Assembly (NCBI RefSeq): GCF_036321535.1
Contig: NC_087441.1
Location: forward strand, 5,859,001-5,892,000
Length of the DNA: 33,000 bases
Origin: Camelus dromedarius
Taxonomy: Eukaryota
Direction: 5' to 3'
Positions 21,675 to 33,000 of the stretch are shown one piece after another. The first letter of the stretch is position 1, and every line of letters begins with the position of its first letter. The notes beneath the pieces were generated by a model, which was not told the DNA's origin, ran no database searches, and saw nothing but the letters and a program-made list of their open reading frames with translations. The position numbers and the translations under genes were made by a program.

Positions 21675-22497
21675 ATAAATTGCTGTATTTGGACCTTGTT
21701 TGCTCCAGACTTGCCCAAAACAAAACAATCATGTGATTGCATATTTTTGCCACTTGTAAAAATCTCACCATGTTTTAAAATATTTAAAAAATAACATGCA
21801 TGCACCCCTGTTTTTCAGGATTACCTACTCATGGCAAAAACAATTAGCGTATGTTTTATTTTTATTCCAAATCACTGTGACATAAACTGCTTTTAGCCTG
21901 GATGGAAACGGTGTCACGGTTTTCCGGGACTCTGCGACACGCACACTCAAAGACAAATGCGTTGGGTTCTTCTAATCCAGGCGTTTCATGTTGTCTTCAT
22001 GCTGCCACTGATGATGGTCGCTGCTGGCTTCTGGGCATCTTGTGTTTTTAGTGGTGACCAGCTCAGATGACCCGAACTGGGCCTTAGTGATGGACACTGC
22101 TTCCTGATTTTCTCACATCATAGCTAAAAGAAGCAAGTTCTCACTTTTACAAGACTTCCCTGAGTGCTTAGAGATAATAGAAGTAATACAGGGAAAATAA
22201 CTAACAGCTGCTTCTAGAAGCTGCTTGGAACTCCTGCTCTTCTCAGAATCCCTGCCTAACTCATGCTGGTCTCCAGCTGTGGAAAGCTTGTCCAGCCGGT
22301 CTCAGTGACCATCTCTAGACACCTCTCCTCCTCCCAGAGTCTAGGCCCCAGGGATTCCCTGGTCCCAGAGGATGAGGCATTTCTTTCTTCCCTCCTCTGA
22401 GGTCCAACCCACTTGGGATTAACCCATTTTGCCCCTTCAGTAATAAACATTAGCTTTTACAAAAGGAAACCTAACTTCCAAAGCCTGGAGAAAACAA

Positions 22498-22538
22498 AGG
22501 GTCACCCTGTACAGATGTCCAAGGTGTGCACTGCACAG
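22498..22538 (+). mobile_element. MER91-like hAT-Tip100 end (possible)
   Basis: agggtcaccctgtacagatgtccaaggtgtgcactgcacag resembles the recalled MER91 start (cagggtcrccata..cagttgtgcaggttgtgcactgcaca). Short match. Confidence 0.3.
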
Positions 22539-22599
22539 TGATGCCCACGTCTACGAGGACAACATTCAGGGTATATTCATATGGTTACTTATTTGAAAG

Positions 22600-22850
22600 C
22601 CAGAGGCTACATTCCCCATGGCCCCCACATCTAGGTGGGGTCAAGTGACAGGTTCATATGAAGCCGATGGAATGTGAGTAGAAGTGTTACAAGTCCTTCC
22701 TGGCCAGAGCAGCGGGAAGCAGGCATGACTTCTCCACTCTGCCTTTTCCTTCGATTGGTGGGCAGCAGAGAATGAAAAACCTACGGGTTGGTGAAGTCAC
22801 AAGATCCAAGGAAACTGGGCCCCTGAATCATTTTGGGAAGGAAAGCCAAC
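22600..22850 (+). mobile_element. Old MaLR LTR fragment, MLT1J/K group
   Basis: gctacattcccc...ctaggtggggtcaagtgac...gatggaatgtgagtagaagtg and gtcacaagatccaaggaaactgggcccctgaatca. Confidence 0.7.
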
Positions 22851-23559
22851 CAGGTAATCAAAACACTTGTGTGGGACAGCTAAAGAAGTAAGACAAATAA
22901 ATTTATATTTTTATAAGAAACTGAAATTTGTTAATTTGTTAGAATCATTCATGTGCATACAGCTAATTCAGTCTGAGATGTATTTATTTGGAACAACTTC
23001 ACCTCCATCCAGAGCATTAGAAAAGGCAATGTGTAGGTATTTGCCTTAATCACTATGGCTTAAAAGCACCGTCTGTAGTGGTCTTTTACAGAAAGGTAAA
23101 GCAAAAAGTAAACAACGCATCCAGGACTCTTTCCCAAGGACAAATGATAGTTTTCATTATAGAATGCAAAGCGCCTTTGTCTGCGAGGGTTCTAGCTTCA
23201 AAATAGAAAGTCCAGGGTCTCTTTACATGCATAACCTTACTCACTCATTAAATTAATACTAAATCTTTCTTTTGCCCAATTTTGCTTCTAGTTAAGTTAA
23301 ATATTTATTCTTCGCCTTTTAGAAAATTATCTATTTCCCAAACCTTTTGAGATTTTTTTCCCCCTAAACATGCTGAATGCTTGACCTTCATCTCAGTTGT
23401 GGAACCCCAAAGCCTGGAATGCTTGGAAACGCTGTATCATTTACTGACTGCTCAGGGATGCCACGACCCCAGGATGCCACGTACAGAATATTGTCTGAGA
23501 CAGAGTTAGCGCGCCTTCATCCCAAAGGAAAAGAAGAAAGTTTGCTAGCTAAGATGAGA

Positions 23560-23770
23560 TTGGCGATGAGAAGAGGGGCTCTTTCAGGAATAAATCTGAT
23601 TTGGGGAAATAGCATCTTAGGAAGAAAGCCTTTTAAAAAGATAGGAAATGAGATTAGAAGAGTCTCAGAATACTGTAAAATAAGAACTGATTTTCATAGG
23701 ACTCGAAGGTATAAATCATCTCATTGCTTTAAGGGTCACGCAAGGGAGATGGCAGGATAATGGAATTTGG
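23560..23770 (-). mobile_element. L2 fragment (possible)
   Basis: ggggaaatagcatcttaggaagaaagc and ggaaatgagattagaagag resemble antisense L2. Confidence 0.35.
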
Positions 23771-24084
23771 GATCTGGAGAGCTGGGATGAGAGCCCTTCT
23801 GACCCCACAGGTCCGGGTGGGGGGGCCCAGGGCCCCCAGCTGCTTATTAGGCACATGTCATTTCAAATGTACATTGATTTATTCAATGCATGATTTTTTT
23901 TTTTTTTGGTTTAAAAAGTTTACCATATTTTATTTTAACCTTCTTAACAAATAAAAAATAAATCCTTTAAAAGACTTTTAAAGAATGACAGAGCAGTGAG
24001 ATCCACCCTGCACTCTCCCAAGTCTTTGCACAATTTCTTTAACAGAGCTCTGAACAGTGGAGTTGACACTTAATGAATGCATTT

Positions 24085-24580
24085 TCTCAGCACGATTTTT
24101 AAAATAGTGTTACAGTTTGACTTTTTTTTTTGATGTACAGTTGAATTTAACACTTGTAAAAATTAGTGTGACTACCACCATGACCAGGATACAGAGCTCC
24201 TCCTCACCCCAAATTCCTGGCGCCATCCCTTTACAGCCATCCCCTGCAGGGTCCCTAGCTCCTGGCACCCATTACTCTATTCTCCATCCCTGTGCCTGCT
24301 CGCTTGAGAAAGTCACATAAATGGAAGAAAATAATTGGTAACCTTCAGACTTTCTGCTTGTACTCAGTGTGATGCCTTTGAGATTCATCCACGCTGTCTG
24401 TGCCCATAGCTTGTTCCTGGAAGTGCTCGGTAGTGGTCATTGTACACTAATTCCACTGCGTGTGAGCATTTACTCATAAAGGTCATTTCACTTGTCTCCA
24501 GTTTGGGGCAATTATGAATAGAACTACTGTAAGAATTCATGTACAGGTTTTTGTGTCAGCGTAGGTCTCCATTTCTCTCT
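24085..24580 (-). mobile_element. L1MB-class 3' region, antisense
   Basis: gtgactaccaccatgaccaggatacag, ctctattctccatccct, cacataaatggaa, ctcagtgtgatgcctttgagattcatccacgctgt, tctccagtttggggcaattatgaataga and catgtacaggtttttgtgt. Confidence 0.9.
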
Positions 24581-24899
24581 TTTTTCAGAATTGGGTCATT
24601 TTTTCCATCCTTCCATTTTGAAACTTTCTTCTGGGACATTTGAGTACATGCTTCTCTAAGTCTCTGACTTCATCATTGCTTTGCTGGGTTTTTCTTCTTT
24701 CCCCCTAGTAATACAACTTTTTAAAAATTCCATACTTCTATTTCTTTTTTCTTTCTTGCCAATCTTATCTTCAGGTGCAGCTTTTATGCAAATAAACTTG
24801 AAGTTTGGGTAATTACGTTTAAATTCAGACCTGTGGGGAAGAATGTGAATTTCCAGCTGCCCAAGGTCAACTTCAGAGGCAGGCACAGAGTAAGGTGCG

Positions 24900-25520
24900 A
24901 ACTATATTCATCTGTGTTTGGAGGTTTGCCAGTAAATACTCTGAAGGAGAAATTCAGCAACAGGATTGAGTAAGCATGAAATCTAAGTTGGATAAGGAGG
25001 GAACAAAGAACATGAAGGAGTATGACTGATGGAGGATACGGTCAATGAATTGAAGGGTCTAATGAGGTTGAGGAATTATTCATGAGATGGCTGAACAGAT
25101 TGATCTGAGGGTAAGAGATGGTGATCAAAGGATGCTTGGGGATTATGGAGATTATGAACAGTTACTGGTAATGACAGGCCTAAGCCAAAGGTTCTCTGTG
25201 CATCAAAGTCAAGTTGGAAAACATTTAAATACTGCTACCTACACCCCACCCTTAGGAAGGCTAATTTAGTTGGTTGTGGATGGAGCCATAGCAACTGATG
25301 AGGGTTGAAAACCGTTGCTCTGTAATGTGGACAGGTGGACAAAGTAGAGAGGAGGGCATGACCATTTGATGTGAGGAGAAAAAGAGACGGGGGTCAAAGT
25401 GGGTGAATGTTTTACGGGAATATTGAGGTCACAAAGCACCGTAACAGAGGTCGCATTGGAAAGTTAGCAAATCATCGTGATGCCGTCTAGGGGAGGGACA
25501 GAGGGCTGTAACATGGATGG
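24900..25520 (-). mobile_element. L2 internal (ORF2-region) remnant, interrupted by MER5
   Basis: Purine-rich collinear blocks (ggtcaatgaattgaagggtct, gatggtgatcaaaggatgcttggggatt, gaatattgaggtcacaaag) typical of antisense L2 ORF2. Boundaries are approximate. Confidence 0.5.
25186..25317. mobile_element. hAT-Charlie MITE, MER5A/MER5A1-like
   Basis: ccaaaggttctc...gcatcaaagtca...ccccaccctt...ttagttggttgtggatggagcc...gttgaaaaccgttg, with degenerate TIR-like ends. Confidence 0.55.
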
Positions 25521-27013
25521 GCTGAGAGTAAGCCGTGACATTCAGCTGCCATTCTCTGGCCTAAAGGAAGAAGTTAATTCACAAAGATAGTTCCTCTGAA
25601 TGGAAGCACCACGAGAGCAGCTGCCTATTAAATCATGATATTAATGTTTCACTCATGCTCACTAATGAGGCAAAAATTTTTCTTGAAGTTTGAGTAATAC
25701 ATCTCTTCATTGATGTCAAGCAATTTTAGAAGGTGGGTCATTATTGCATTTTTAACTAAAAAAGTGCAAACCTTACTGAAGCATTTCATTTGAATGATAC
25801 TTAAACAGAGAACACACTTTATTCCAAGCACTTTTAAGGGTGCAGATATGACTCTTTTCATAATGTTATTTTTTTAAAACCGAATCACAAAGGAATGAAA
25901 ATGTTCCCAAACATCTGTTTTCAAAGTGTTCTCTAGAAAGCCCAAGTTTCTTTCAAAAAAGAGGGGGAGATATGTTTGAGCTTGGTAAAAGCTCGGAACG
26001 CATCTACCCTAATGAGACACGTAACTGTTTTGTCTGAAACATCTGCTAGATTGTATTTTTTCTGATACCCACGTAATCACAGAAAAAGACAAACCAGCCA
26101 CTATCCCATGTGGCATTTTTTATAAGACTTTTTCAAAACTTCCCCTTTCTCAAGATTCTGCTATCTGTTCAAATTTATTTGGTAATGAATAAATGTGAAT
26201 ATTCAAATTGTGTATCATATAAATGGTGCCCCCTGAAATTGTTCAGCACATCACCTGTACAGTCACAACATGAAGGCTTTGAAAGGATTAGCGAATTTAT
26301 TAAAAGCAAAATGAGTAACTCTAAGTTTCACAGTACTTTTAAGGTTTGTGCTGTGAGTTAAGCAGTGAAACTCTGTGTGGTACAAGTAAGGTTCATGATC
26401 ACTCCCTATTTCATCAAAACTATTAGGGAACAGTTTGCCACGTTAGAGAGGTCTCGTTTTCATAGAAAGGGTTGCATCAATGGCATCTGTCGTGCTTTTT
26501 ATCTGGCTCAGATCTTACCCGGACATCACATGGCAAGTAAATTCTCTCCCTAACCTTCTGCTTGAATCTCTTTCTCTAATCCAGACAGCCACCCCACTAG
26601 CGGTTGTCACCCCACAAAACCAACAAATAATATATTCTAGCCCAAGAAACTGTTTATATTAAGACCACATCTTTCAGAGTAAAATTTTACTTAATGGCTT
26701 ACAAAAATAAGTTTTTCATGTACTTCATTATTGGAAGAGAACATAAAAAACACCATAAGCTGACACACAGGAGAAACATAAATATCCAACTTTATAGCAA
26801 ATCTTTTCTGTATTCATGGTAGTATCTGCTTCTTCATGTCTTCAGTAATAATCTCTATACATTATTCAGTAATAAATTTTTATGAATGTATACCAATCTA
26901 TTAGCTTATTATTCTGTGTATGATTTCAACCACTTTTGTTGCAGTAAGAAAAAAGTTTCCCTAAGAAAGCTTTTCTTCTTTCACTACTAAGGAACAAAAA
27001 AAGCAAACAGAAC

Positions 27014-27030
27014 AAAAAAAAAAAAAAAAA
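27014..27030 (+). repeat. Poly(A) run (similar A/T runs at 6472-6490, 17634-17650 and 31008-31019)
   Basis: Read directly. Confidence 0.9.
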
Positions 27031-27554
27031 CCTCAGAAGAGACTTCTAGATTATTGTTAAAAATCTGCAAACATTTTAAAGTATTGAGATAAATATCCCA
27101 TGATTTAAAACTTTGTAGAAGTTTATTTTCATATTCTGAATGCTTTTAAAAGTCTTGCTAATAACAATGACTTCATCCAACTTTTCCCTGCAGTCACCAG
27201 GCGCTTTGTCCCCTTAGATAGAAATTTATCATTAATGACAGTAAATATGAATCTGTATTTCAAATAAATACCATTTTATTTATCATTACAAGTTGAAACT
27301 TTTCATTCTTATCATTATTTTTACCTCAGACTGTGGTACATGGATAGAACGTACTAGAGAAAGAAACAGTTCTCTCATTTCCTTGCTGTTCATTTGTGTT
27401 TACATGATTAACATTATTTCAGTTTTTGCAGCTTCTTTGCAGGAAACACTTGAAAGCATTTGCTCGGGGAGGATTCTTTCAGTGAAACCTAGAGAACGTG
27501 GTTTGCTCAGTCCTGCAAGTGTAAATCAGTGTTACACACGGCAGGGGTTGGAAG

Positions 27555-28140
27555 GAGGACGGGGGCGCCCTGATGGAGGCGTCCCTGCCCGCCCTGTGTG
27601 GGGCGCACGCCCCGCCTCCCTTCAGCACACTGGGCTCTGCACACCGGGAGGGACGCACCGTCAGGGCGGGACGCAGCGTCCATTTGCGCGGTTAATATTA
27701 GCCATTCTTCATTTCATTTTGTGTTTTCAAATTTTTAAAATTATAGAAATCAATAAATATGTATGTGTGTGTGTGAGATATCCTAGTGACTCAGAGAGCG
27801 TTAGTCTGTTGGAAAAGAGGGAGACGAAGATCCAGGAGGCCCTGACATCGGGGTACAGCGCGCAGAGCATGCGACGTGAGGACTGCGGCCCTGAGGTTCT
27901 TCCCTGAGGGCAGACGGCTAAGCCAGCAGCGAGCCGCCTTCCTCTGGCCCGTGGGTCCAAGCGGAGCCAGTCTGCGTGGCTGGGACAAGGGCTCCTCGTC
28001 CTTCAGTCCGCGTCGCGATGCACTGGGCTTCGCGAACTGCGCAAGTTCGGATTCTGTGGGTCCACAGCAGGACCTGAGGTTAGGCACTTCTAACAAGCTT
28101 CTAGTTAGCGCTGATGCAACTGGTCTATACCGACATTTAC
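27555..28140. promoter_or_regulatory. Split CpG-island-like segment (candidate regulatory element)
   Basis: Hand count of about 15 CpG in 27555-27692 and about 26 CpG in 27795-28140, separated by an AT-rich spacer. GC box at 27609-27618, AP-1 TGACTCA at 27787-27793. Confidence 0.4.
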
Positions 28141-28159
28141 GAATGGAAAAAGTTTAGAC

Positions 28160-28358
28160 CGGAAGTGTGTAAACTATGGCTGGCATTTTCATAAGTAAAG
28201 ATTTATTGGAACCCAGGCAGCCCATTACCTTATACAGTGTCTAGAGCTTCATTCCCTGCTTCAGTGTGGAGTCGAGTAGATGTGATGGACACCTCGTGGC
28301 CTGAAAAATCTAAAGTGTTTCTTGTCTGCCCTTTTACCTAAAAGGTTAACTGATTCTT
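28160..28358 (+). mobile_element. hAT-Charlie MITE MER58A
   Basis: aaactatggc...taagtaaagatttattggaacccaggcagccca...gtcgagtagatgtga...aaaaatctaaagtgttt...ccttttacctaaaagg. 8-bp TSD gtttagac (28152-28159) / gcttagac (28359-28366), matching the NTCTAGAN preference. Confidence 0.92.
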
Positions 28359-30269
28359 GCTTAGACAATACATGTATATTTCTTATATAAATAAACATGT
28401 GGATAACCATCCATCTAGATTCTTTTGAGTATTACAGATTCAGAAAAAATGCAGGAGCTAATTTCATTGTATATCATTCTGGGAGAGATTAAAAAAAGTC
28501 TTCTCTTATGAGTGGATTTGCTATTTCAGTGAAATCAGGAATTACAGAAAGCAGGATAGTAAAAATAAAGTACTTGAAAAAATAATGGCCACTCATATTG
28601 AAATCTCACAGTTAAAATAGAGCCCTGCACCAGAAGTTGCATATTCAGCATTTTAAGGTCCCATAAAGTAAGGTGAGGATGTGAAACATTGAGCTGAATT
28701 TTATTAAATACACAAGAGTTGGATTTAATATCTTTCTCCAGCTAAATATGTCACAGTCGAATTTTAAAATGAAACTAAGCTACAAAATGAAATTCAGCTC
28801 GTAACAGTGGCTGCTGTGTACTGTCACAGGCCTTGAAATTTCATTTCCATGCTACAGAAACTGATAGGCACACTTAACCAGCAAAATTAGTTGAAAGGAT
28901 GCATCTTCACAAAAATCACTACATTAGAAACATACCAGTGCACCTCACAATGGGATCATTTTCTATCATGACTGTGTATTTCATGAAACTGCACGATCTG
29001 GTAGGTGATAAATAGCACCATTGTGAAGATTGTACCCTCGAAGGAAATCCTTGCAGAAATGATCATGTAAGTCAGGTGTACTTGCCCGTTGACTCAGTGT
29101 TATATTTAATGTCACTTTACATCCCACTCCATGTATTGAATTTTCAGGAGTAACAAAAAGAAAATAATTTTATCAGGCGCTGTCTCTTTTGTCCGTAATC
29201 TTCCGGTTACTACTTCTAGGTATATACTGATAACCAATCTTCAGCATTGCATCTCATATGTCATATGTTAAATTTCTAAATCACGTGATTAAAGTTTAGG
29301 AACTCTGCTTTATTCCATTATGCTTGTGTACCAAACCTGTTTGTTAAATCTTTTGGTTAAGTGTAAAATTTGTATTGTACATTTTTCTCTTAACGGATGG
29401 TTGGATAGGTAGACATACAAAGCGAGAGTTAAAGAAATGTGAATACCTACCCATAGTTATGTCTTTATTCAACCTTGTTTGTCAGTCTTCATCGTTTTGC
29501 TTTTGTATAGAAATGAGAGAAAACAGCTAAAACATACTTGGCTCCCGGGACTACATCCTCCCTCACAGTAACTAAGACTTGGGAAACCTGAGGTTGACTT
29601 TTATTTAATTTTATCCCCAAACTGAAAATTACCCCAAACTGGGATAACTGATGAAAAGGTGGCTGGAATAGGCAGTGCCTGAACTCACTCTGGAAAGCCT
29701 GGGGGAAGGCCGGTGCCCTGGGGGCCCAGGGCCTCCTGCCCTATCCTCACGGTCCCCTGGTCCCAAGCCATCGCCGTGCTAAAGGTGCTCATGGACTTTG
29801 ACATCAGAAAGTATGTCCACACTGTGGAGAAGTCTGAGACTACAGAATTGAAAGTCCTGTTGTTCATGTGATTAGAGGTGTTGAGCTGGTGTTCCAAAGC
29901 ACAGGCCTAGACAATGTTTTGTTTTGTGTGCACTTTATTTTACATCTGCTGTTTCTGTTCTAGAATTACGGCAGTTAGTGAAGCCCGATACAGCTATTCT
30001 AAATAATCAGCTAACTGGAGAGGTGATCGTCTGCCCACCAACAATGTTCAAAGTTTACAACAGGCAGGGTGGTGTGGGCAGTGATGTGAATTTTAGATTC
30101 CCGTCTCAGCGTCCTAGCAGCCCTGTAGCGCCTGGCCAGCCTCCCTACTCAGCGTCAGGAAAGAAAAGCCCACCTAGGCCAGGTGTTCCCGAACTTAGAA
30201 ACTTACAGGAAAGCAGATAAACTGCCTGAAGCTAAAGGAGTGACAACCTCTCCGTTGTCTGTCTTCAGC

Positions 30270-30378
30270 TGCCCTTTGTGGTCTCGGTTTCTTCATCTGC
30301 AGAGTGGAATTTCCGTGGCGGTCGTGAGGCTGTAAGAGCCCCTGCATGTGTGTGCTCTGATCAATAACTTTATTACTG
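30270..30378 (+). mobile_element. MIR SINE fragment
   Basis: ggtctcggtttcttcatctgcagagtgg...ggtcgtgagg...caataactttattact. Confidence 0.55.
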
Positions 30379-31193
30379 ACTTCAACTTTCCAGGAGACAA
30401 TACAGTGTCACTTTCCATTTTTTTAAGTTGTTGATCATTAGATCTCTATGGATCTTAATCGGGTTTGGCAGACGTCTTCCCTGTTGCCCTTCCCTCTTCT
30501 CTCATGTGGGGAGAGCTGTCTTTAGTTGAGTCATGGAATCTGGTTTTTAGTGAGGAGGATGCTGCTCTGGGAAGCACCCGGCTGATCAGACAGGGCTGTT
30601 CTCCCAAGTTACAATCTCAGTTTTCCGATGCTGGCAGTTTGCACAAATGTCCCCCTTTCTATGCCAACTCACCCACAAAAAGGGGGGGAACCTCCCTGAT
30701 CCTCTAAACACAGTGATTGTTAGGAAGCCTGCACTGGATTTCAGCACCTGTGTCTGTTTCCAGCAGCTGCCTGACTGCCGATGTAGCTCCAAACAGGGAA
30801 CATTCAGAATACCAGGTGTACGCCCCGACATCTGCTTTCCGGGGAAACTTGTCTCAAGTTCGTAACAATTTTGCAGGAACTCTAAACAGGGGGAAGAAGG
30901 CAGAAGATATGCAGAAGACCTTTCTACTCTTTCTGGGTCCTAATGGTACAGTTTAAAGGTCTCATTTTTACTTGAAAACATTTAAGTATGAACGCTTAGA
31001 AAATGGGAAAAAAAAAAAACAAAACCAACAACTGATTTTCTCTTCTCAGAGTGCTACTTGAAGTAGCTGACCAGGTGTTAAGTAGGGGGGACAATGGCCA
31101 AAGCTGTCACAGTCTTGAATGTCATGACTGATTCTAAAGGGTTTTTCTGGGACTTTTCCAGAACAAATGACCCTGCCCTGGTTCGTTGCCATG

Positions 31194-31530
31194 TGCCTTG
31201 GACTGAAAGTTCTTGTCCCCGGAAAATTTGTATGTTGAAACCCCAACTCCAATGTGATGGGTAGGAGGTGGGGCCTCTGGGGGTGATTAGGTCATGAGAG
31301 CAGAGCCCAGACCGGTGGGGTGAGGACCTTTACAAAAAGGACCCCAGAGAGCTCCCTCAGCGAGGACTCAGCAAGCAGATGGCCTGGGGACCAGGAAGCA
31401 GGTCCTTACCCGACACTGAAACTGTTGGTTCCTTGATCTTGAACTTCCCAGCCTCCAGACAGTGTGAAGTTCATTTACAAGCCACCCAATCTATGGCAGT
31501 TTGCTGTAGAGGCCCCAATAGACTGAAGCA
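31194..31530 (+). mobile_element. MaLR solo LTR, MLT1A0-like, with perfect 5-bp TSD
   Basis: tgccttggactgaa...tgttgaaacc...gaggtggggcct...gattaggtcatgag...ccccagagagctccctc...ttgatcttgaacttcccagcctccaga...aagccacccaatctatgg...gactgaagca. TSD ccatg at 31189-31193 and 31531-31535. Confidence 0.96.
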
Positions 31531-32952
31531 CCATGAAGCACGGATTAGGGTTCTTTCTTCTTTCCTTGATGACCAGTGGTTCTTCAATGGAAGAAGCACC
31601 AGTAAGGGGAAGGAAAGGTCAGGAAGGAAGCGTCTGTGAGTGCATTCTTCTTGTGAGGCAGTGGGCTCCAAAAGTGGGCCTCCTTCTGGACACAGAAATG
31701 GCTCCTGGCATCTGAGGACCCACCACCATAGGATGCCTGCCTCCCACCAGCCGTCCTGTGAGCCAGTGCTCTGACCAGGCAGTGTGGTGGGGCCACCCTC
31801 TCTTTCTGGAGACAGATAATAAGATCATGCCCTGGTACTTCACTTGGAAGAAGAAAACCTTAATACTAGTTCATATTGGAAAATAAAATAGTTTTTATTT
31901 TCAGAGCTGTGCCTATTTCTGGTTATAGAAATTACCCAGGTACATCTCTAAAACGAAGACAAATGTACATGACTAATACGTGGGACACGCTGCAAAGAAC
32001 AGGCTCACATCACTCAGCGTTACAGAGCTTTGCAGGTGTGCTGTATACGTGTGCATGTTTAAAAATATAATTGGGGGAAGATGGCCAATACAAATGTTTA
32101 TAACATATCTTAGCACATGTGATCTACCAAAGAAAAACATGTGCACCATATACATATGCTGTATGGCAGAAGGAATTTTTCTTTAATGAGTGATTTTTGC
32201 TTTGAAAATACACAATATCCAAATGCATTGTCTATTTGCATTTTTAATAAGATATCTTAGAGACAGCCTCGTGCACATATAACATCCTCAGGACTGTGTT
32301 CTTCTAAACTAAACATGAGAAGAACACAAACATGATACATCTGAACCCCAAGCTACTGTTTATATTGCACATGGTATCAGACGCCAAGCTTCTTTTCTGA
32401 AATGCAGTATATTTTGACACAATTCCTTTCATTCTGTACATTTTTTCATGCACTTCTAATGTGCATACGCCTAAAATGTAGAAAATAGAAGAAAATGGCA
32501 TGCTGTTGCTGAATGGGTATCCTACAGATTTGAAACAAAAAAGAAAAGCTTTAAAATACACTCTAATTATGTAAAATGGTGCAATTTTACTTTGATTATC
32601 TAAAATAAAAAAATTAGAAGGTTGAAAACGAAAAAGACTCTATAGTGATAATTTTCAAAGTGTGTTTTCAGCGTATGAAGTCTGTAACTCTAAAGAAGTA
32701 ACCACATTGCCCTCTCGCATAAACTCTTGCACACCGCCAGCACAGAACATGATGCTCGGTTTTGTGACGTGTTGGAGCAACTGTGCAAAATATTCCTGGC
32801 CTGGTTGCTTCTAGTCAGCTCTGTTGTCATGTCCTTATCTTCCTGTCAACGTAACAATCTGGCCTTGATATCCCCAGTTCTTCAACTTGTATTTGGCACT
32901 CATGCAATGAGGACATTTTTTTGGTCCATCACAGGATAGCTCATTTAATTCG

Positions 32953-33000
32953 CAGTGGTTCTTAACTTGGCTTAGTGAAGAATCATTCAGGGAGCTTTGA
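32953..33000 (+). mobile_element. Start of a MER5-family MITE, cut by the window edge
   Basis: cagtggttcttaacttggc...agaatcattcagggagcttt matches the MER5-type start cagtggttctcaaccttggc...agaatcacctggggagctt. Confidence 0.7.

Noticed and set aside
24742-24815. Strong acceptor (long pyrimidine tract, cttcag|gtg) with donor tgg|gtaatt and an internal octamer
   Set aside because: The implied 34-nt exon is frameshifting and has no recognisable peptide; pyrimidine tracts like this are common.
27293-27907. Longest ORF (204 aa, plus strand)
   Set aside because: TTG start; runs through AT-rich sequence, a GC patch and a (TG)n repeat; no recognisable domain; best explained as a chance stop-free frame.
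28990-29075. Consensus donor cat|gtaagt preceded by HHCEDCTLEGNPCRNDH
   Set aside because: No acceptable acceptor upstream, and an in-frame stop lies immediately before it.
29720-29873. Protein-looking frame WSQAIAVLKVLMDFDIRKYVHTVEKSETTELKVLLFM*
   Set aside because: I cannot match it to any protein, and there is no flanking splice pair, poly(A) or TSD for a retrocopy. A tBLASTx would settle it.
1-33000. CRISPR arrays, rRNA/tRNA/snRNA genes, retron- or phage-defence-type systems, long tandem arrays
   Set aside because: No spaced direct-repeat array, no structural RNA signature and no gene-dense organisation; the sequence is ordinary repeat-rich mammalian non-coding DNA.

Overview
This is mammalian genomic DNA, about 40% GC by eye with small GC/CpG-rich patches, and it reads as intronic or intergenic. 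I found no coding exon, RNA gene, pseudogene or prokaryote-type system that I can support, and none of the supplied ORFs resembles a protein family I recognise; several simply run through repeats. Much of the window is interspersed repeat: ancient L2 and MIR, L1MB/L1ME, HAL1, MaLR LTRs (MLT1), an ERVL LTR (MLT2B/C-like) and DNA-transposon MITEs (MER58A, MER5, a Tigger2/MER8-MER2-like element). There is also one comparatively young, 5'-truncated L1 with a perfect 16-bp target-site duplication. Its 3' end matches what I recall of camelid L1, and no primate, rodent, ruminant, pig, cetacean, carnivore or horse SINE is visible, so a camelid source is my best inference. All repeat family names come from my memory of consensus sequences and need a Dfam/RepeatMasker check. 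The best things to follow up are modest: an L1 3' end with twin-priming inversion geometry, the young L1 as a presence/absence marker, a split CpG-island-like segment with no gene attached, a Tigger MITE with mismatched ends, and several transcription-factor motif clusters in unique DNA. I do not see evidence for a novel biological system here.
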